64,000 bases of DNA from Candidatus Thalassarchaeum sp. (GCA_045559735.1 JBJLJN010000009.1:10574-74573); one strand, 5' to 3'; positions 37,754-47,561 are shown, counted from the first letter of the stretch. The notes: generated from the letters alone by a model not told the origin. Translations and numbers: made by a program.

Positions 37754-38662
37754 ATGGGCACTCACGAGTACGAGCACGATCCTCGTAACTCAGAAGTGAT
37801 GATATCAGTGAACGGAGAGATGTACCACAGGAGTGAGGCAAAGATCTCTGTTTTCGATGCTGGATTCCTGCTAGGTGACGGAGTCTGGGAGTCATTCAGG
37901 CTGCACAATGGCAATCTGGTTTTCATCGACGACCACATGGACAGGTTATTCCGTGGTGCAGAGGCAATATCGATGGCCATCGGAAGGACCAGGGGGCAAA
38001 TTCTCTCCGAGGTCCGCAGGGTAATCGATGCCAACGAAATGTCTGATGGAGTCCACATTCGTCTGATTCTAAGCAGGGGCCTCAAACCGACTCCCTATCA
38101 AGCACCATGGGTTATCTCCAGCCCGCCTACCTTGGTAATCATCCCGGAGTACAAGAGGGCGAATGAGGACAGAGCGAGAGATGGCATCAGCATAGTTCCG
38201 GTAATCACAAGAAGAGGTGGGCACAACACTCAGGACCCTAGGATAAACAGCCTCTCCAAGCACAACTGCATCGCAGCCTGCATCGAAGCGGCTGAGTTGG
38301 GTGGGGACGAAGGTTTGATGCTCGACCCGCACGGCTATGTTTCCACCTGTAATTCTACGCACTTTTTCATTGTACGAGACGGAGAGGTCTGGACCTCGTC
38401 GGGAGAGTACTGCCTAGAAGGAATCACTCGCAGGAAGGTGTTGGAGATCTGCCACTCAAACGGGATACCCGCAATCGAGGGCAATTTCTCTGTCGATGAT
38501 GTCCAATCAGCGGACGAGGCCTTCGTTACTGGGACCTTCGCTGGCCTAACTCCAGTAGTGAATTTTGATGGTGAGCCTATGGGCAGCGGCAGCCGTGGCC
38601 CAATGTGCGAGAGACTACAGGGGCTTTACATCGATCTAATCAGGAGTGAGTGCGGTGGATGA
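37754..38662 (+). CDS. Class-IV (fold type IV) aminotransferase, branched-chain/D-amino-acid or ADC-lyase type
   Basis: The protein is 302 aa. It has ISVFDAGFLLGDGVWESFR..., ...GLMLDPHGYVSTCNSTHFFIV... and EAFVTGTFAGLTPV. Confidence 0.8.
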   Translation: MGTHEYEHDPRNSEVMISVNGEMYHRSEAKISVFDAGFLLGDGVWESFRLHNGNLVFIDDHMDRLFRGAEAISMAIGRTRGQILSEVRRVIDANEMSDGVHIRLILSRGLKPTPYQAPWVISSPPTLVIIPEYKRANEDRARDGISIVPVITRRGGHNTQDPRINSLSKHNCIAACIEAAELGGDEGLMLDPHGYVSTCNSTHFFIVRDGEVWTSSGEYCLEGITRRKVLEICHSNGIPAIEGNFSVDDVQSADEAFVTGTFAGLTPVVNFDGEPMGSGSRGPMCERLQGLYIDLIRSECGG

Positions 38663-38678
38663 TGGATGCAGAGTAGCG

Positions 38679-39386
38679 ATGTGGTCTGGCCCGAGAAATA
38701 TCTCGACCGCACTGATGTATTCCTTTGAGAACAGAGAAGATTGCTGTGCAATCGACGAGCCGTTCTACGCCCATTATCTAGAACAGACGGGAATTGATCA
38801 TCCCGATTCGCAAAGAGTGATCGAGAGCTACGAGACCGACTACGGGGAGATAGCCCAGACTCTGGTTGGAGAGATTCCGGATGGAGCTAGGATTTGGTAC
38901 CAGAAGCACATGTGCCATCACATCATGCCCGAGATGGACATTGATTGGATTCATTCTCTGAACAATTGCTTCCTGATACGTGACCCAAGAGAGGTTCTGC
39001 TCTCCCTTTCTCAGATTACTCACGAGGTCTCACTCTGGGCCACAGGCCTACCTCAGCAGATCATGCTAATTGAGCGAGCCTCGCAAGATGGCCACAGGCC
39101 TCCGATTATTGATTCGAGAGACATTCTTGAGGATCCTTCAGAAATGCTCGGAATGTTATGCCTTGAACTGGGCATCCCATTCTCTGAAGACATGCTGTCT
39201 TGGGAGGCGGGCCCGAGAGATTGCGATGGCATATGGGGTGAGCACTGGTACGACTCAGTATGGTCTTCTACAGGGTTCTCACCCTACAGGCCGAGGACAG
39301 GGAGACTCCCCTCTTCACTTGAGTCCGTTCTTGAGCAAGCAATGCCTCTGTATCAGGAGATGCACTCCAAGAGGATGAGGCTGTAA
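38679..39386 (+). CDS. Sulfotransferase-fold-like uncharacterised protein
   Basis: MWSGPRNISTALMYSFENR...IDEPFYAHYL resembles proteins annotated as sulfotransferase family. This is recalled from memory and has not been searched. The ORF also opens at GTG 38646. Confidence 0.45.
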   Translation: MWSGPRNISTALMYSFENREDCCAIDEPFYAHYLEQTGIDHPDSQRVIESYETDYGEIAQTLVGEIPDGARIWYQKHMCHHIMPEMDIDWIHSLNNCFLIRDPREVLLSLSQITHEVSLWATGLPQQIMLIERASQDGHRPPIIDSRDILEDPSEMLGMLCLELGIPFSEDMLSWEAGPRDCDGIWGEHWYDSVWSSTGFSPYRPRTGRLPSSLESVLEQAMPLYQEMHSKRMRL

Positions 39387-42300
39387 TCAATCTCTCATCA
39401 GTCGGCGTAATCTCGCCTCAAAGTCGTCCTCTGGCGAGTGCCCCGGCTCGGTTTCTGACTCATCGTCCTCCAACTCTTCAGTGTCCGCAGGTAGCTCGTC
39501 AATCAACTCTTCTTGCATAGGTTTCTCATCGTCCGCCTTGCTGATCATCTTCTCCTCGGCAGCGCTCATGGCCATTTCCATCAGCATCTTGCCCTCTCTG
39601 TTGTTCCTGATTATCCATGCTAATGCAACGCTGACTCCGATGACGAGAACTGCTGCAGCAAGAGAAGTACCTAGATCAGGATATCTCGAAGGCTCCACAG
39701 TGCCGCCAGAAAGGATGATTCTACCTTCATCGTCACTAGGGTCCGAGTCTATGTCCCAGGGGAATGTGCATCCGATAGTCACTACTAGCTCCTCGCCATC
39801 CTGCGCTGAGCTCGGACGACCAATCTCGAAGGCTACAGTATACAGAGCAGTAAGATCGACACTGTGAGCCATCGTGTAATCTTCAACAGTGAAAGTCAGA
39901 CTACAGTCTGCGTCGTACTGAGCCAACAGCTCATCAACATCCTCACTGCGCTGCCAAGATACTCTAATTTCCTGACCATCGCCTTCACCTTCAAGTTCCA
40001 CGTCGATGATGCCGATGTTCCAGTCAACCCTCCTGATATCGAATGTCTTGGAAGTCTGATAGGTCAAGATGCCTCTTCCGTCAAGCATCCTGACTGTCAG
40101 ATCCCTGCTCCCAGGCTCTGGGGACCAGCCATCAGCACTCAGGTTGATGGGCCCGTGAGAAATGTTCTCGGGAACATATCCAGATTTGGATCCCAGCATA
40201 CTGCCCTCATCGTCGATAAGCATCATTGTGTAGTAGTATCCGGAGCTTCCGTTCAGTATGTTGCATTGTGCAATCATTTCACCCACGACTCCGGAGATGT
40301 TGCATGTCGACACTCTTGAGGAAGGCTCAGATGCATGTGCTAAGTATCCCAGATTTACTGAGCCCACAGTAACCCACCCCTCTCCTGAAGCTATTACAGG
40401 CAAGGCCCAGACGCCATCTGCCAGTCTAGTAAGAGGGCCGGATGAGGAATCGGACACAGTGGATGCTGCATCGGCACCATGTATGCCGATTACCGCCTCG
40501 TCACCGCTCATCCCGACGATAACAGGTGACGTTGCCCAAGAGTAAGTCGACTGCGAGGTATCCAGAGCTACCTCTCCATGGTTCCCCCCCTCGTCCTCAG
40601 CTAGAATCCTAATCGTATGCATACTTCCATCCCAGCTCTCAGAAGGTATGACTTCAAGAGGAACTCCTCTTATTTCTCCCACTCCGAGAACCATCTCAAA
40701 CTGACCTGAGACCGTCCATCCCGGTGGAATGCTCAGCACTCGGAGGGTAATCGTAGAAGGAGCATTGCCTTGATTGAGCAGTTCAACTAGTGGGAATCCC
40801 CCTGATTCAGAAACGACCCAATCTCCATGCGAAGACATGGTGAAGTTCCTGATTATCGCCACTCTAAGTGGCAGAGTAATCTCGGTCTCACCACTCCCGT
40901 CACCATCCCTCAGTCTGATATTCAGCTCGACAGCCCTACCGTGCTGAGCCGACTCAGGAGGGGTGATATTGAGTATCAGGGAAGCCGTCTCGCCGGGTGA
41001 CAGAATAGGAAGCTCAACTGGCTCATCAACAATCCAACCATTCTCTCCGCTGACCCAAATAGTCGGATAGGGTCTAGAGTAGGCATTGCCTATCTGTGCC
41101 ACAGTGAGCTCGACTTGCGATCCCGAGGGTTCTATCTCCAGATCAGCCTGATTCGCATAGACTGCCCAGCCAGGTACCCTAGCGACTTCAAGGCTGAAGC
41201 CGAAAGACTCCATGTCCTCTCCTTGAGCCTGTGTGGATACCGATACGTGCATCATTGAACCATTCCAAGCGTCGGAGGGAATCGTGGCATTGACCATCAG
41301 CGAGACAGATTCGTTGACCCCCACTCCCTCAGCAGAGCTTGCATTCACTGACCAGCCGACCGATCCATCCTCTCCAATAAGGGTGAGATTGTAACTGACT
41401 TGCAGGTCCAGATTATCCACCAGATTTCCCTCATTGGTAGCCATGATATCGACCGAGAAAATAGATTCAGGCTCCACCGAGTAGATGCCCCCTTCGACAA
41501 GTGTTACCCCGTCTACCAAGGCCTCGAAATCCCATCTGTGATCCTGTCTCGCCTGCAGCATGACGGTATCAGAATCGCCGACATCAGTATCGCCCTGCGA
41601 GGTCATGATAATCGAGACAGCCACCGGGTGCCCGGCAGGGGTCGCCTGAGGTAGAGTGACCATGACTGGTATGCTGGTCAGACTGCCAGCACCTAGAGAC
41701 ACGACATCGTTGGAGAAGGAGACTATGACTCCCGGATCCTCGGTGATGTTCTCGTCGATAATTACCTCATGACTGAGCATGTAGTTATCTTCCCCATTGC
41801 CCGGATTCTCTAATCTCACCATGACTAAGGTCTCCTCGTCAACATCGACAGTAAGCGGTTGAACCGTAGGAGAGGTCACGAGAATAGCAGCTCTATGAAT
41901 CTGGAGTACCTCAAGGGACAAACGTAGAATATGACTCGAAGCCTCTGAGCTCGCATCGCTGAATGGATGGAATGCGGGAGGAGAATTGGCAGGGAGATCT
42001 AGATGTAAATAGCCAGAAGCCTGGCTTCCGACAGGTCCTGACATCACTATTGAATCTCCCTCAACAGATAGACCACCTGAGGCATTCCAGATCCATCCTT
42101 GGTGGGCCATCCCAGATTCGGATAGCGACCACGTCAATTCCGATGAATTGGAGGGGAGGTCTGCTGTAACCTGCCATTGCAGCCCACTTGCGGGGACGCT
42201 GCGCTGGTGAACATCCGCCACTACCCCAGAGGCCTCGAACGAGAGTGATATCGTGGAGCACTCTTCTTCGTCACCGCTACCTACGCACATCGTCAGCTGA

Positions 42301-45041
42301 GTTGTCACGAAGTCGCCCAAATCAGCGTTTGAAGGAACAGCCAGTCTCGCAGTCACGAGCTTAACTTCACCCGCATTCAGGCTGAGTGCTGGCACCGAAT
42401 TGCCTTCTATGTCGTATAGACTGACCACGTTGTCAGTCTGACCATCTCCGTCGGTGTCGCCCCATGGCGTCCCATCTACCTGGATGACCGGGGTCTCGTC
42501 GGCATTGCCCAGATTGTGCACTAGAATCCAGGCATCAGCATCACCACCAATCAGTCCGTAACCAGAACTGGTGGCTGTGCCATCAGGACCTCGCAGAGAA
42601 AGACCTCTTGTCCTGTTGGCCTCAACAGGGAGTGAGGCGTAAGCGCTGTAGTTCTCAGGATCTGCGTCCAATGTGAGAGTCAGTCCGAGAAAACCGGTGT
42701 CTGAGCCTAGGGCATCCATCGGAGCCACTATTCTCAATCTAGGACTCCAAGTCTGTCCTATTCCGATCTCGATGCCAGTCAGGCCACCGCTCTCATCTTC
42801 CCAAGACCAACCATCAGGCAGGCCTGAGTCATCAACACTCAGACTCCAGATTCCCGCAAGCCTGCCGGTGGAGCGGATGGTAGGGGGTGCTATAGAATGG
42901 GAGCCCGGGTCTACCCTGACCGGTTCACTGGGTATCTCGAAGGTGGCGTTGTAGGTCGGGACAATCACCAGAGTAACGTTCTGAGCATCGTTGTCACGTC
43001 TGGTCTGTGAGACGTTAGAGCCGGAATCCAGCACTAATTCGAACTCGTGCTCACCCAAAGGCCCGCTCCAATAGGCGCTGAATGATTCTATACTCCCACT
43101 TCCAGTTGGACTTACTGGCTCCATGGTTCCAGCCTCGTAAAACCCAATCAACTGACCGTTAGCATACAGCTTCGCCTCAGTCTGTTCATCTGTGTCAGCT
43201 GTACCTGCATTCTCAAACCATGCAGTCACTGTGACCTGTTCTCCCGGGTCTGGCTCACTTGGACTGAAGTCAATCCCCCGTGAGTCAGTTAGTGGTCTGA
43301 CATCAGCCTCCGAGTGAGAGATTACATTGACTCCGACCACCATGTCCAGAGTAGCATCGCCATCTATGTCTGCGAAAGATGGGGCGGCCCAAGTTCTGTG
43401 AGGAACTGAGATTGAACCGCCCCAAATACCAGCCACAGTCCCGTCCCCGCCGTCATAGGCCCACACCTTGCGACCGAAGGCTACGACCAATTCTGGCTCA
43501 CCGCTTCCATCAACATCCATCCATGTCGGCGGAGATACTGCAATCTCGTCGTTAATGGCGCCACTGTCTCTTTCAAGACTCTTCGCAGACCAAGCGGGAC
43601 TGGGGCCAGTTAGATCGTGGCAACCGGCGTGTCCGTGCCTTGTCAGAAGGTTCTCCTCAGACCAGGTGACCCAACACACCCTGTCGTGCTCCCCATCGCC
43701 GTTGGTATCGATCGCGGTAGGAGGGGCATCAGCGAAGCCATTGGATGCCTCGAAAGACCAGATTTCAGTCGCGTTACCTATCTCCATTCCAATGAATTCG
43801 GCTCCTCCAGACCCGCCGTACCCGTTGCCATCAGTAGGGATCGTGAGAATCATCTCAGGGTCGTCTTGGCCGTCCAGATTAGCAATAACTGGCCCTGGTA
43901 GCCTTACATGGGGATATTCTTCACCGCCACCATCTGCAGGCCCTAGGGAGTACCCATTCGTCCAACTGCTCTCTCCGTCTTCGTGGTCTAGCTTCCATAC
44001 CCACATCGACCCCGTGTTTTCCTGAATGGTAGTCAGTAAAACGTAACCAGTACTATCGTCAGTTTGTGCGAAGGCGGGGTCGGAGGGATGAGTTCCCATG
44101 CTCAGGGTATTTTCCCAGAGCAATGTGGCGCCGGCATCTGATAGAGATAGGGCGATTACCTCGGGTTTGTCATTAGTTTTCCCTATAGCAGCTATGACCA
44201 GTTCTGCGTCTCCATCGAAGTTGAGGTCCACCAACAATGGCTGAGCAGTGGGTTTGTGATATCCCCACCATTCAGAACTGTAGGGGCCTTCATTGCTGAT
44301 GAATCGATCCTGATCGGTCCATGACCAGAGTAACTCGCTGGTATCTGCGGACGAAGACCATCCAGTGACTGAGCACGAAAGCCGCGGGGACCATGCATCT
44401 ACACGAAGATCACCTGCAGAATCATCGTAGGCTACGAGCACCTCCTGCATTCCATCTCCGTCTATATCGGTCACCAGTGGGGCGGCCTTGACGAACTCGG
44501 TCTGACCTAGGCTCACTTCCCATGCGAGTTCTGCATCTTCTCCTTCGAGAATCCTGAGGTACGTGGGGGCATCCACATCATCCTTCAGTACTAGTATGGT
44601 GAATAGTGAGCTTCCTGCACATCGCTCGGATGCCCCTTCGCCCACATTTATCGAAGCAGATAGGTCGGCGATCGGAACGGATAGGGCATCTGTTCCTATC
44701 TCGTCTGATCCATACACCCAATTCACAGCTGGCTCTACAATCGACTTGAGTTCAGCAGCATCCTCTGGCAGACCTCCGTCCCCTACACCTCCGCCTGATC
44801 CGTGTGCCGGCACTACAGCCAGCCTGTCCGAAGTCCTTCCTGCTTGAGGCCATGGCTGACCTCCATCAGTCCAAGGGTCCTGAGTTCCATCTCCGGCATC
44901 AGCCCTCTGTCCAAGGTCGGGAACCGACAGAGCAGGTGAGAGTGACATCGCCAGTAGCAAAGCTACTCCAAGAGCCGCTTCACGGAGTCTTGAGGTCCGA
45001 AGCACAGGGGGGTACGATGCCATCAGAATATGAGATGGCAT
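39387..45041 (-). CDS. 1884-aa secreted, C-terminally anchored protein: FG-GAP/VCBS-type propeller + CARDB-like and Ig-like repeats + acidic tail
   Basis: The signal peptide is AALGVALLLAMSLSPALS. FG-GAP-like Ca loops are DIDGDGMQEVLVAY, DLNFDGDAELVIAA, DTNGDGEHDRVCW, DVDGSGEPELVVAF and DIDGDATLDMVVG. A CARDB-like segment is GEQVTVTAWFENAGTADTD. The C-terminal TM is AAVLVIGVSVALAWII, followed by RNNREGK and an Asp/Glu tail. Confidence 0.85.
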   Translation of the reverse strand: MPSHILMASYPPVLRTSRLREAALGVALLLAMSLSPALSVPDLGQRADAGDGTQDPWTDGGQPWPQAGRTSDRLAVVPAHGSGGGVGDGGLPEDAAELKSIVEPAVNWVYGSDEIGTDALSVPIADLSASINVGEGASERCAGSSLFTILVLKDDVDAPTYLRILEGEDAELAWEVSLGQTEFVKAAPLVTDIDGDGMQEVLVAYDDSAGDLRVDAWSPRLSCSVTGWSSSADTSELLWSWTDQDRFISNEGPYSSEWWGYHKPTAQPLLVDLNFDGDAELVIAAIGKTNDKPEVIALSLSDAGATLLWENTLSMGTHPSDPAFAQTDDSTGYVLLTTIQENTGSMWVWKLDHEDGESSWTNGYSLGPADGGGEEYPHVRLPGPVIANLDGQDDPEMILTIPTDGNGYGGSGGAEFIGMEIGNATEIWSFEASNGFADAPPTAIDTNGDGEHDRVCWVTWSEENLLTRHGHAGCHDLTGPSPAWSAKSLERDSGAINDEIAVSPPTWMDVDGSGEPELVVAFGRKVWAYDGGDGTVAGIWGGSISVPHRTWAAPSFADIDGDATLDMVVGVNVISHSEADVRPLTDSRGIDFSPSEPDPGEQVTVTAWFENAGTADTDEQTEAKLYANGQLIGFYEAGTMEPVSPTGSGSIESFSAYWSGPLGEHEFELVLDSGSNVSQTRRDNDAQNVTLVIVPTYNATFEIPSEPVRVDPGSHSIAPPTIRSTGRLAGIWSLSVDDSGLPDGWSWEDESGGLTGIEIGIGQTWSPRLRIVAPMDALGSDTGFLGLTLTLDADPENYSAYASLPVEANRTRGLSLRGPDGTATSSGYGLIGGDADAWILVHNLGNADETPVIQVDGTPWGDTDGDGQTDNVVSLYDIEGNSVPALSLNAGEVKLVTARLAVPSNADLGDFVTTQLTMCVGSGDEEECSTISLSFEASGVVADVHQRSVPASGLQWQVTADLPSNSSELTWSLSESGMAHQGWIWNASGGLSVEGDSIVMSGPVGSQASGYLHLDLPANSPPAFHPFSDASSEASSHILRLSLEVLQIHRAAILVTSPTVQPLTVDVDEETLVMVRLENPGNGEDNYMLSHEVIIDENITEDPGVIVSFSNDVVSLGAGSLTSIPVMVTLPQATPAGHPVAVSIIMTSQGDTDVGDSDTVMLQARQDHRWDFEALVDGVTLVEGGIYSVEPESIFSVDIMATNEGNLVDNLDLQVSYNLTLIGEDGSVGWSVNASSAEGVGVNESVSLMVNATIPSDAWNGSMMHVSVSTQAQGEDMESFGFSLEVARVPGWAVYANQADLEIEPSGSQVELTVAQIGNAYSRPYPTIWVSGENGWIVDEPVELPILSPGETASLILNITPPESAQHGRAVELNIRLRDGDGSGETEITLPLRVAIIRNFTMSSHGDWVVSESGGFPLVELLNQGNAPSTITLRVLSIPPGWTVSGQFEMVLGVGEIRGVPLEVIPSESWDGSMHTIRILAEDEGGNHGEVALDTSQSTYSWATSPVIVGMSGDEAVIGIHGADAASTVSDSSSGPLTRLADGVWALPVIASGEGWVTVGSVNLGYLAHASEPSSRVSTCNISGVVGEMIAQCNILNGSSGYYYTMMLIDDEGSMLGSKSGYVPENISHGPINLSADGWSPEPGSRDLTVRMLDGRGILTYQTSKTFDIRRVDWNIGIIDVELEGEGDGQEIRVSWQRSEDVDELLAQYDADCSLTFTVEDYTMAHSVDLTALYTVAFEIGRPSSAQDGEELVVTIGCTFPWDIDSDPSDDEGRIILSGGTVEPSRYPDLGTSLAAAVLVIGVSVALAWIIRNNREGKMLMEMAMSAAEEKMISKADDEKPMQEELIDELPADTEELEDDESETEPGHSPEDDFEARLRRLMRD

Positions 45042-45063
45042 TCCGAATCCACTTGAACATTCG

Positions 45064-45069
45064 CCTTAT
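45064..45069 (-). promoter_or_regulatory. TATA-like box (TATAAG on minus strand) about 25 nt upstream of ATG 45041
   Basis: The spacing fits a leaderless promoter for the 1884-aa gene. Confidence 0.45.
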
Positions 45070-45266
45070 ACTCTCACTCAGACCTACGGTCTGAAAGAAC
45101 CTTGGGTTTAGCCGAATGGTAGATTGCATCCGTTGCGCTTATACAGGACGGGCCGGTCGCCGGGTCTCAAGGAACTCTCCTCCAGAGGCACCGCCGATGA
45201 GGGACGGGAGAAATACTCCCTTCCTACGGCTGTCCTCTAGGCGAGTCCCTTTGGAGCCCGATACAC

Positions 45267-45824
45267 ATGTACAGCCTTGTTACAAGAGATGACACCATCC
45301 GTATTCCAGCAGAGTACATCAGAGCAGGCCGCAAGCTTGAGGAACACATTGACGAGTTGGCTCACGATGCCTTTGAGGGGCGTTTCGACGAGAATGAGGA
45401 TTATACTCTATTGACATTCGACCACGAGGCCGTGGGCAGGGGTAAAATCATCCACGGAGATGGAGCGATTTACCAGAATGTCCGCTTCAAGGCACTCGTC
45501 TTCACCATGGAGAACAACGAGGTAATAGACGGAGCCGTCTCAGAAATCTCCGAATATGGCGCATTCGTCAGGATTGGCCCCGTCGAGGCACTACTGCACA
45601 AGTCACAGATTCTCGATGAACCAGTTCAGGTCCACCTCGGCGCACAGAGCAAGAGGATAGAGGGTACTCAGAGCGGTAAGCACCTCGAGGAAGGATCCCC
45701 AGTCCGCTCGAGAATAGTTTCGAAATCAATCAATCAGAACGATCCCAGGTCTTCCAAGATTGGCTTGAATTGTAAGATGGAAGGACTCGGTGCCTTCGAT
45801 TGGCTCGGCGAGGAGGATGATTGA
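45267..45824 (+). CDS. rpoE: DNA-directed RNA polymerase subunit E' (Rpo7), S1 domain
   Basis: It has MYSLVTRDDTIRIPAEYI... and an S1-like segment EVIDGAVSEISEYGAFVRIGPVEALLH. It is followed by spt4, as in most archaea. Confidence 0.85.
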   Translation: MYSLVTRDDTIRIPAEYIRAGRKLEEHIDELAHDAFEGRFDENEDYTLLTFDHEAVGRGKIIHGDGAIYQNVRFKALVFTMENNEVIDGAVSEISEYGAFVRIGPVEALLHKSQILDEPVQVHLGAQSKRIEGTQSGKHLEEGSPVRSRIVSKSINQNDPRSSKIGLNCKMEGLGAFDWLGEEDD

Positions 45825-45825
45825 G

Positions 45826-46044
45826 ATGGTAAAGCAACCCTTCGCATGTGGCGAATGCAACAGGATTCTACCCGATCCCGAGAAGAAGAGCGATCCGCCC
45901 CAGTGCATGCACTGCCCTGGATCTCCAGTCACTACTGATTGGCAGGGTTTCGTAGTCATTCTCGATCCAGACCGCTCCGAGGTCGCTAAGAGGCTTAACG
46001 TCTCAGATCCAGGCAATTACGCCTTGAAGGTCAACATCCGATAG
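45826..46044 (+). CDS. spt4: Transcription elongation factor Spt4 (RpoE'')
   Basis: The zinc ribbon is CGECNRIL...CMHCPGS, followed by WQGFVVILDPDRSEVAKRL...PGNYALKV. ATG 45826 follows a GAGGAGGATGA ribosome-binding motif. The track ORF starting at 45790 overlaps rpoE. Confidence 0.8.
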   Translation: MVKQPFACGECNRILPDPEKKSDPPQCMHCPGSPVTTDWQGFVVILDPDRSEVAKRLNVSDPGNYALKVNIR

Positions 46045-46057
46045 GGGAGGTTTCTAG

Positions 46058-46441
46058 ATGGAAGTCACGGAGAGGAAGGAGAACCCGCTGTTGGGACGCG
46101 TTGAGATTCGCTTTGTCTGGGATCACGCAAACTCAGCAACTCCTTCACTGGCAGATATGAGGATGGCAGCTGCTAAGGCTGAGCCCGGTGCCAAGGAGGA
46201 GTTGGTATTCGTAAAGGAGGTCAGCACACGATTCGGGATGCCTCAGACCACAGGACTTGCTCTAGTATACGACTCAGTAGAGTCTGCGGAACTCGAGCCA
46301 GAGTATGTCAAGGCCAGACACTCTTCAAAGAAAGGAGGCCAGAAGGCCACCACTAAGTCGAAATCACCTGAGCCAGAACCACCCAAGGAAGAAGCCACAG
46401 AGGAAGAGGCTCCTGGAAAAGAGTCAGAGGGGAGTGAGTAG
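46058..46441 (+). CDS. rps24e: Ribosomal protein S24e with Lys/Glu/Pro-rich C-terminal extension
   Basis: MEVTERKENPLLGRVEIRF... matches the S24e N-terminus. A GGGGAGGT ribosome-binding motif lies upstream. The tail ...KSKSPEPEPPKEEATEEEAPGKESEGSE is extra. Confidence 0.85.
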   Translation: MEVTERKENPLLGRVEIRFVWDHANSATPSLADMRMAAAKAEPGAKEELVFVKEVSTRFGMPQTTGLALVYDSVESAELEPEYVKARHSSKKGGQKATTKSKSPEPEPPKEEATEEEAPGKESEGSE

Positions 46442-46443
46442 TT

Positions 46444-46614
46444 ATGGGAGAAGGTCCGAATCCCAACGGCAAGCACTCGAAGTACTCAGTCGAGGACGGT
46501 GAGTTGGTGAGAAATGGAGAGTTCTGCCCTACCTGCGGACCTGGTGTTTTCCTCGGTGTCCACTCAAACAGGAAAGTCTGCGGCAAGTGTGGCCACTCTG
46601 CCGAACTAGAATGA
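46444..46614 (+). CDS. rps27ae: Ribosomal protein S27ae (eS31), zinc ribbon
   Basis: The gene is below the ORF-track cutoff. My translation is MGEGPNPNGKHSKYSVEDGELVRNGEFCPTCGPGVFLGVHSNRKVCGKCGHSAELE, with CPTC...CGKC. It sits in the conserved position after S24e. Confidence 0.8.
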   Translation: MGEGPNPNGKHSKYSVEDGELVRNGEFCPTCGPGVFLGVHSNRKVCGKCGHSAELE

Positions 46615-47517
46615 GTTGGCACGGAAGACATCCCATCTTCCGTCATTTGTGACAACATTGTCCCCTACCAAGGCAACGCCCACATCTCTGCGAGACTCAA
46701 TAGTACAACCTTCGTCGAGGTCAGAACCATCGTGCCTCCAACCAGTCCATCTCCACCCTCCATCCGAATAATTGGCATCGAAGACCGGACCCGGTGTCTT
46801 CAGCATCCGAGGCGATAGTAGGATATCCTCTAGAATTCCGACACCCCCACTCTCCAGCATCATAAACCAACCCCCTTCCTCACTGTATTCGACTCCTGCC
46901 AATGGACTCTTCAGGGCAACTACATGGCTTGAGATGAAGGAACCATCCTCCTCATCAAGCAATGTCACAGACCCCGATCGTGACCATAGTCCGACACTTC
47001 CGTTATGTTCTGTGCACGAAACTAGAGTGTCCGAGTTTTGGAACTTCGATAACCCCGGCCACTCTGGATAGGACGACCTCCACAACTCCTCTGCCCCGTC
47101 ATCAATCATGTACACGCCCCTATTCAAGGTCGCGAACACAGCCCCTCTGGAGACCCGAGTGAGTGCCATCGGCTCTGCATCAAGCCTCCTTGCCCAAACT
47201 GAAGCGGCAGGCATCAAGACATCTGTATCGGGCACCTCCCTGAGTTGTTGTCTGCTACCTCCGTCTTTCCATTCACCATCTAGAGGTAGAGCTGCCATTC
47301 TAGCCTGCCGCAGTTCCTGATCTAACCAGGTTCCAACCCAGACTTCCCGCATCACGACTCCTCCTGAGATACTTGCAGGAAACGGAGTGACAGGTTCGTG
47401 TAAGGACTCACCATCTACATTGATTCTGAGTAACTCACCCGAGCATCCAACCAGCACCTTTGCACCCTCGCCCTGATCGACTCTCATCGGCTGGAAGTTG
47501 AACCGAGTCTCTTGCAT
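46606..47517 (-). CDS. Hypothetical cytoplasmic protein (beta-rich, Trp/Gly-rich repeats), no family recognised
   Basis: A 303-aa ORF with an ATG start and no competing ORF. Its composition is like the neighbouring genes. It overlaps the S27ae 3' end by 9 nt. Confidence 0.6.
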   Translation of the reverse strand: MQETRFNFQPMRVDQGEGAKVLVGCSGELLRINVDGESLHEPVTPFPASISGGVVMREVWVGTWLDQELRQARMAALPLDGEWKDGGSRQQLREVPDTDVLMPAASVWARRLDAEPMALTRVSRGAVFATLNRGVYMIDDGAEELWRSSYPEWPGLSKFQNSDTLVSCTEHNGSVGLWSRSGSVTLLDEEDGSFISSHVVALKSPLAGVEYSEEGGWFMMLESGGVGILEDILLSPRMLKTPGPVFDANYSDGGWRWTGWRHDGSDLDEGCTIESRRDVGVALVGDNVVTNDGRWDVFRANSF

Positions 47518-47561
47518 GCGGGCCGCTGACCGCCACCGTGCTTGAAGGTGTGGCTAGGGAG

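Noticed and set aside
43468-44025. 185-aa plus-strand ORF (and similar ORFs at 39481, 39864, 40258, 42673, 44563)
   Set aside because: All lie antisense within the 1884-aa minus-strand gene. They have Ser/Pro/Ala-rich low-complexity translations and no start signals.
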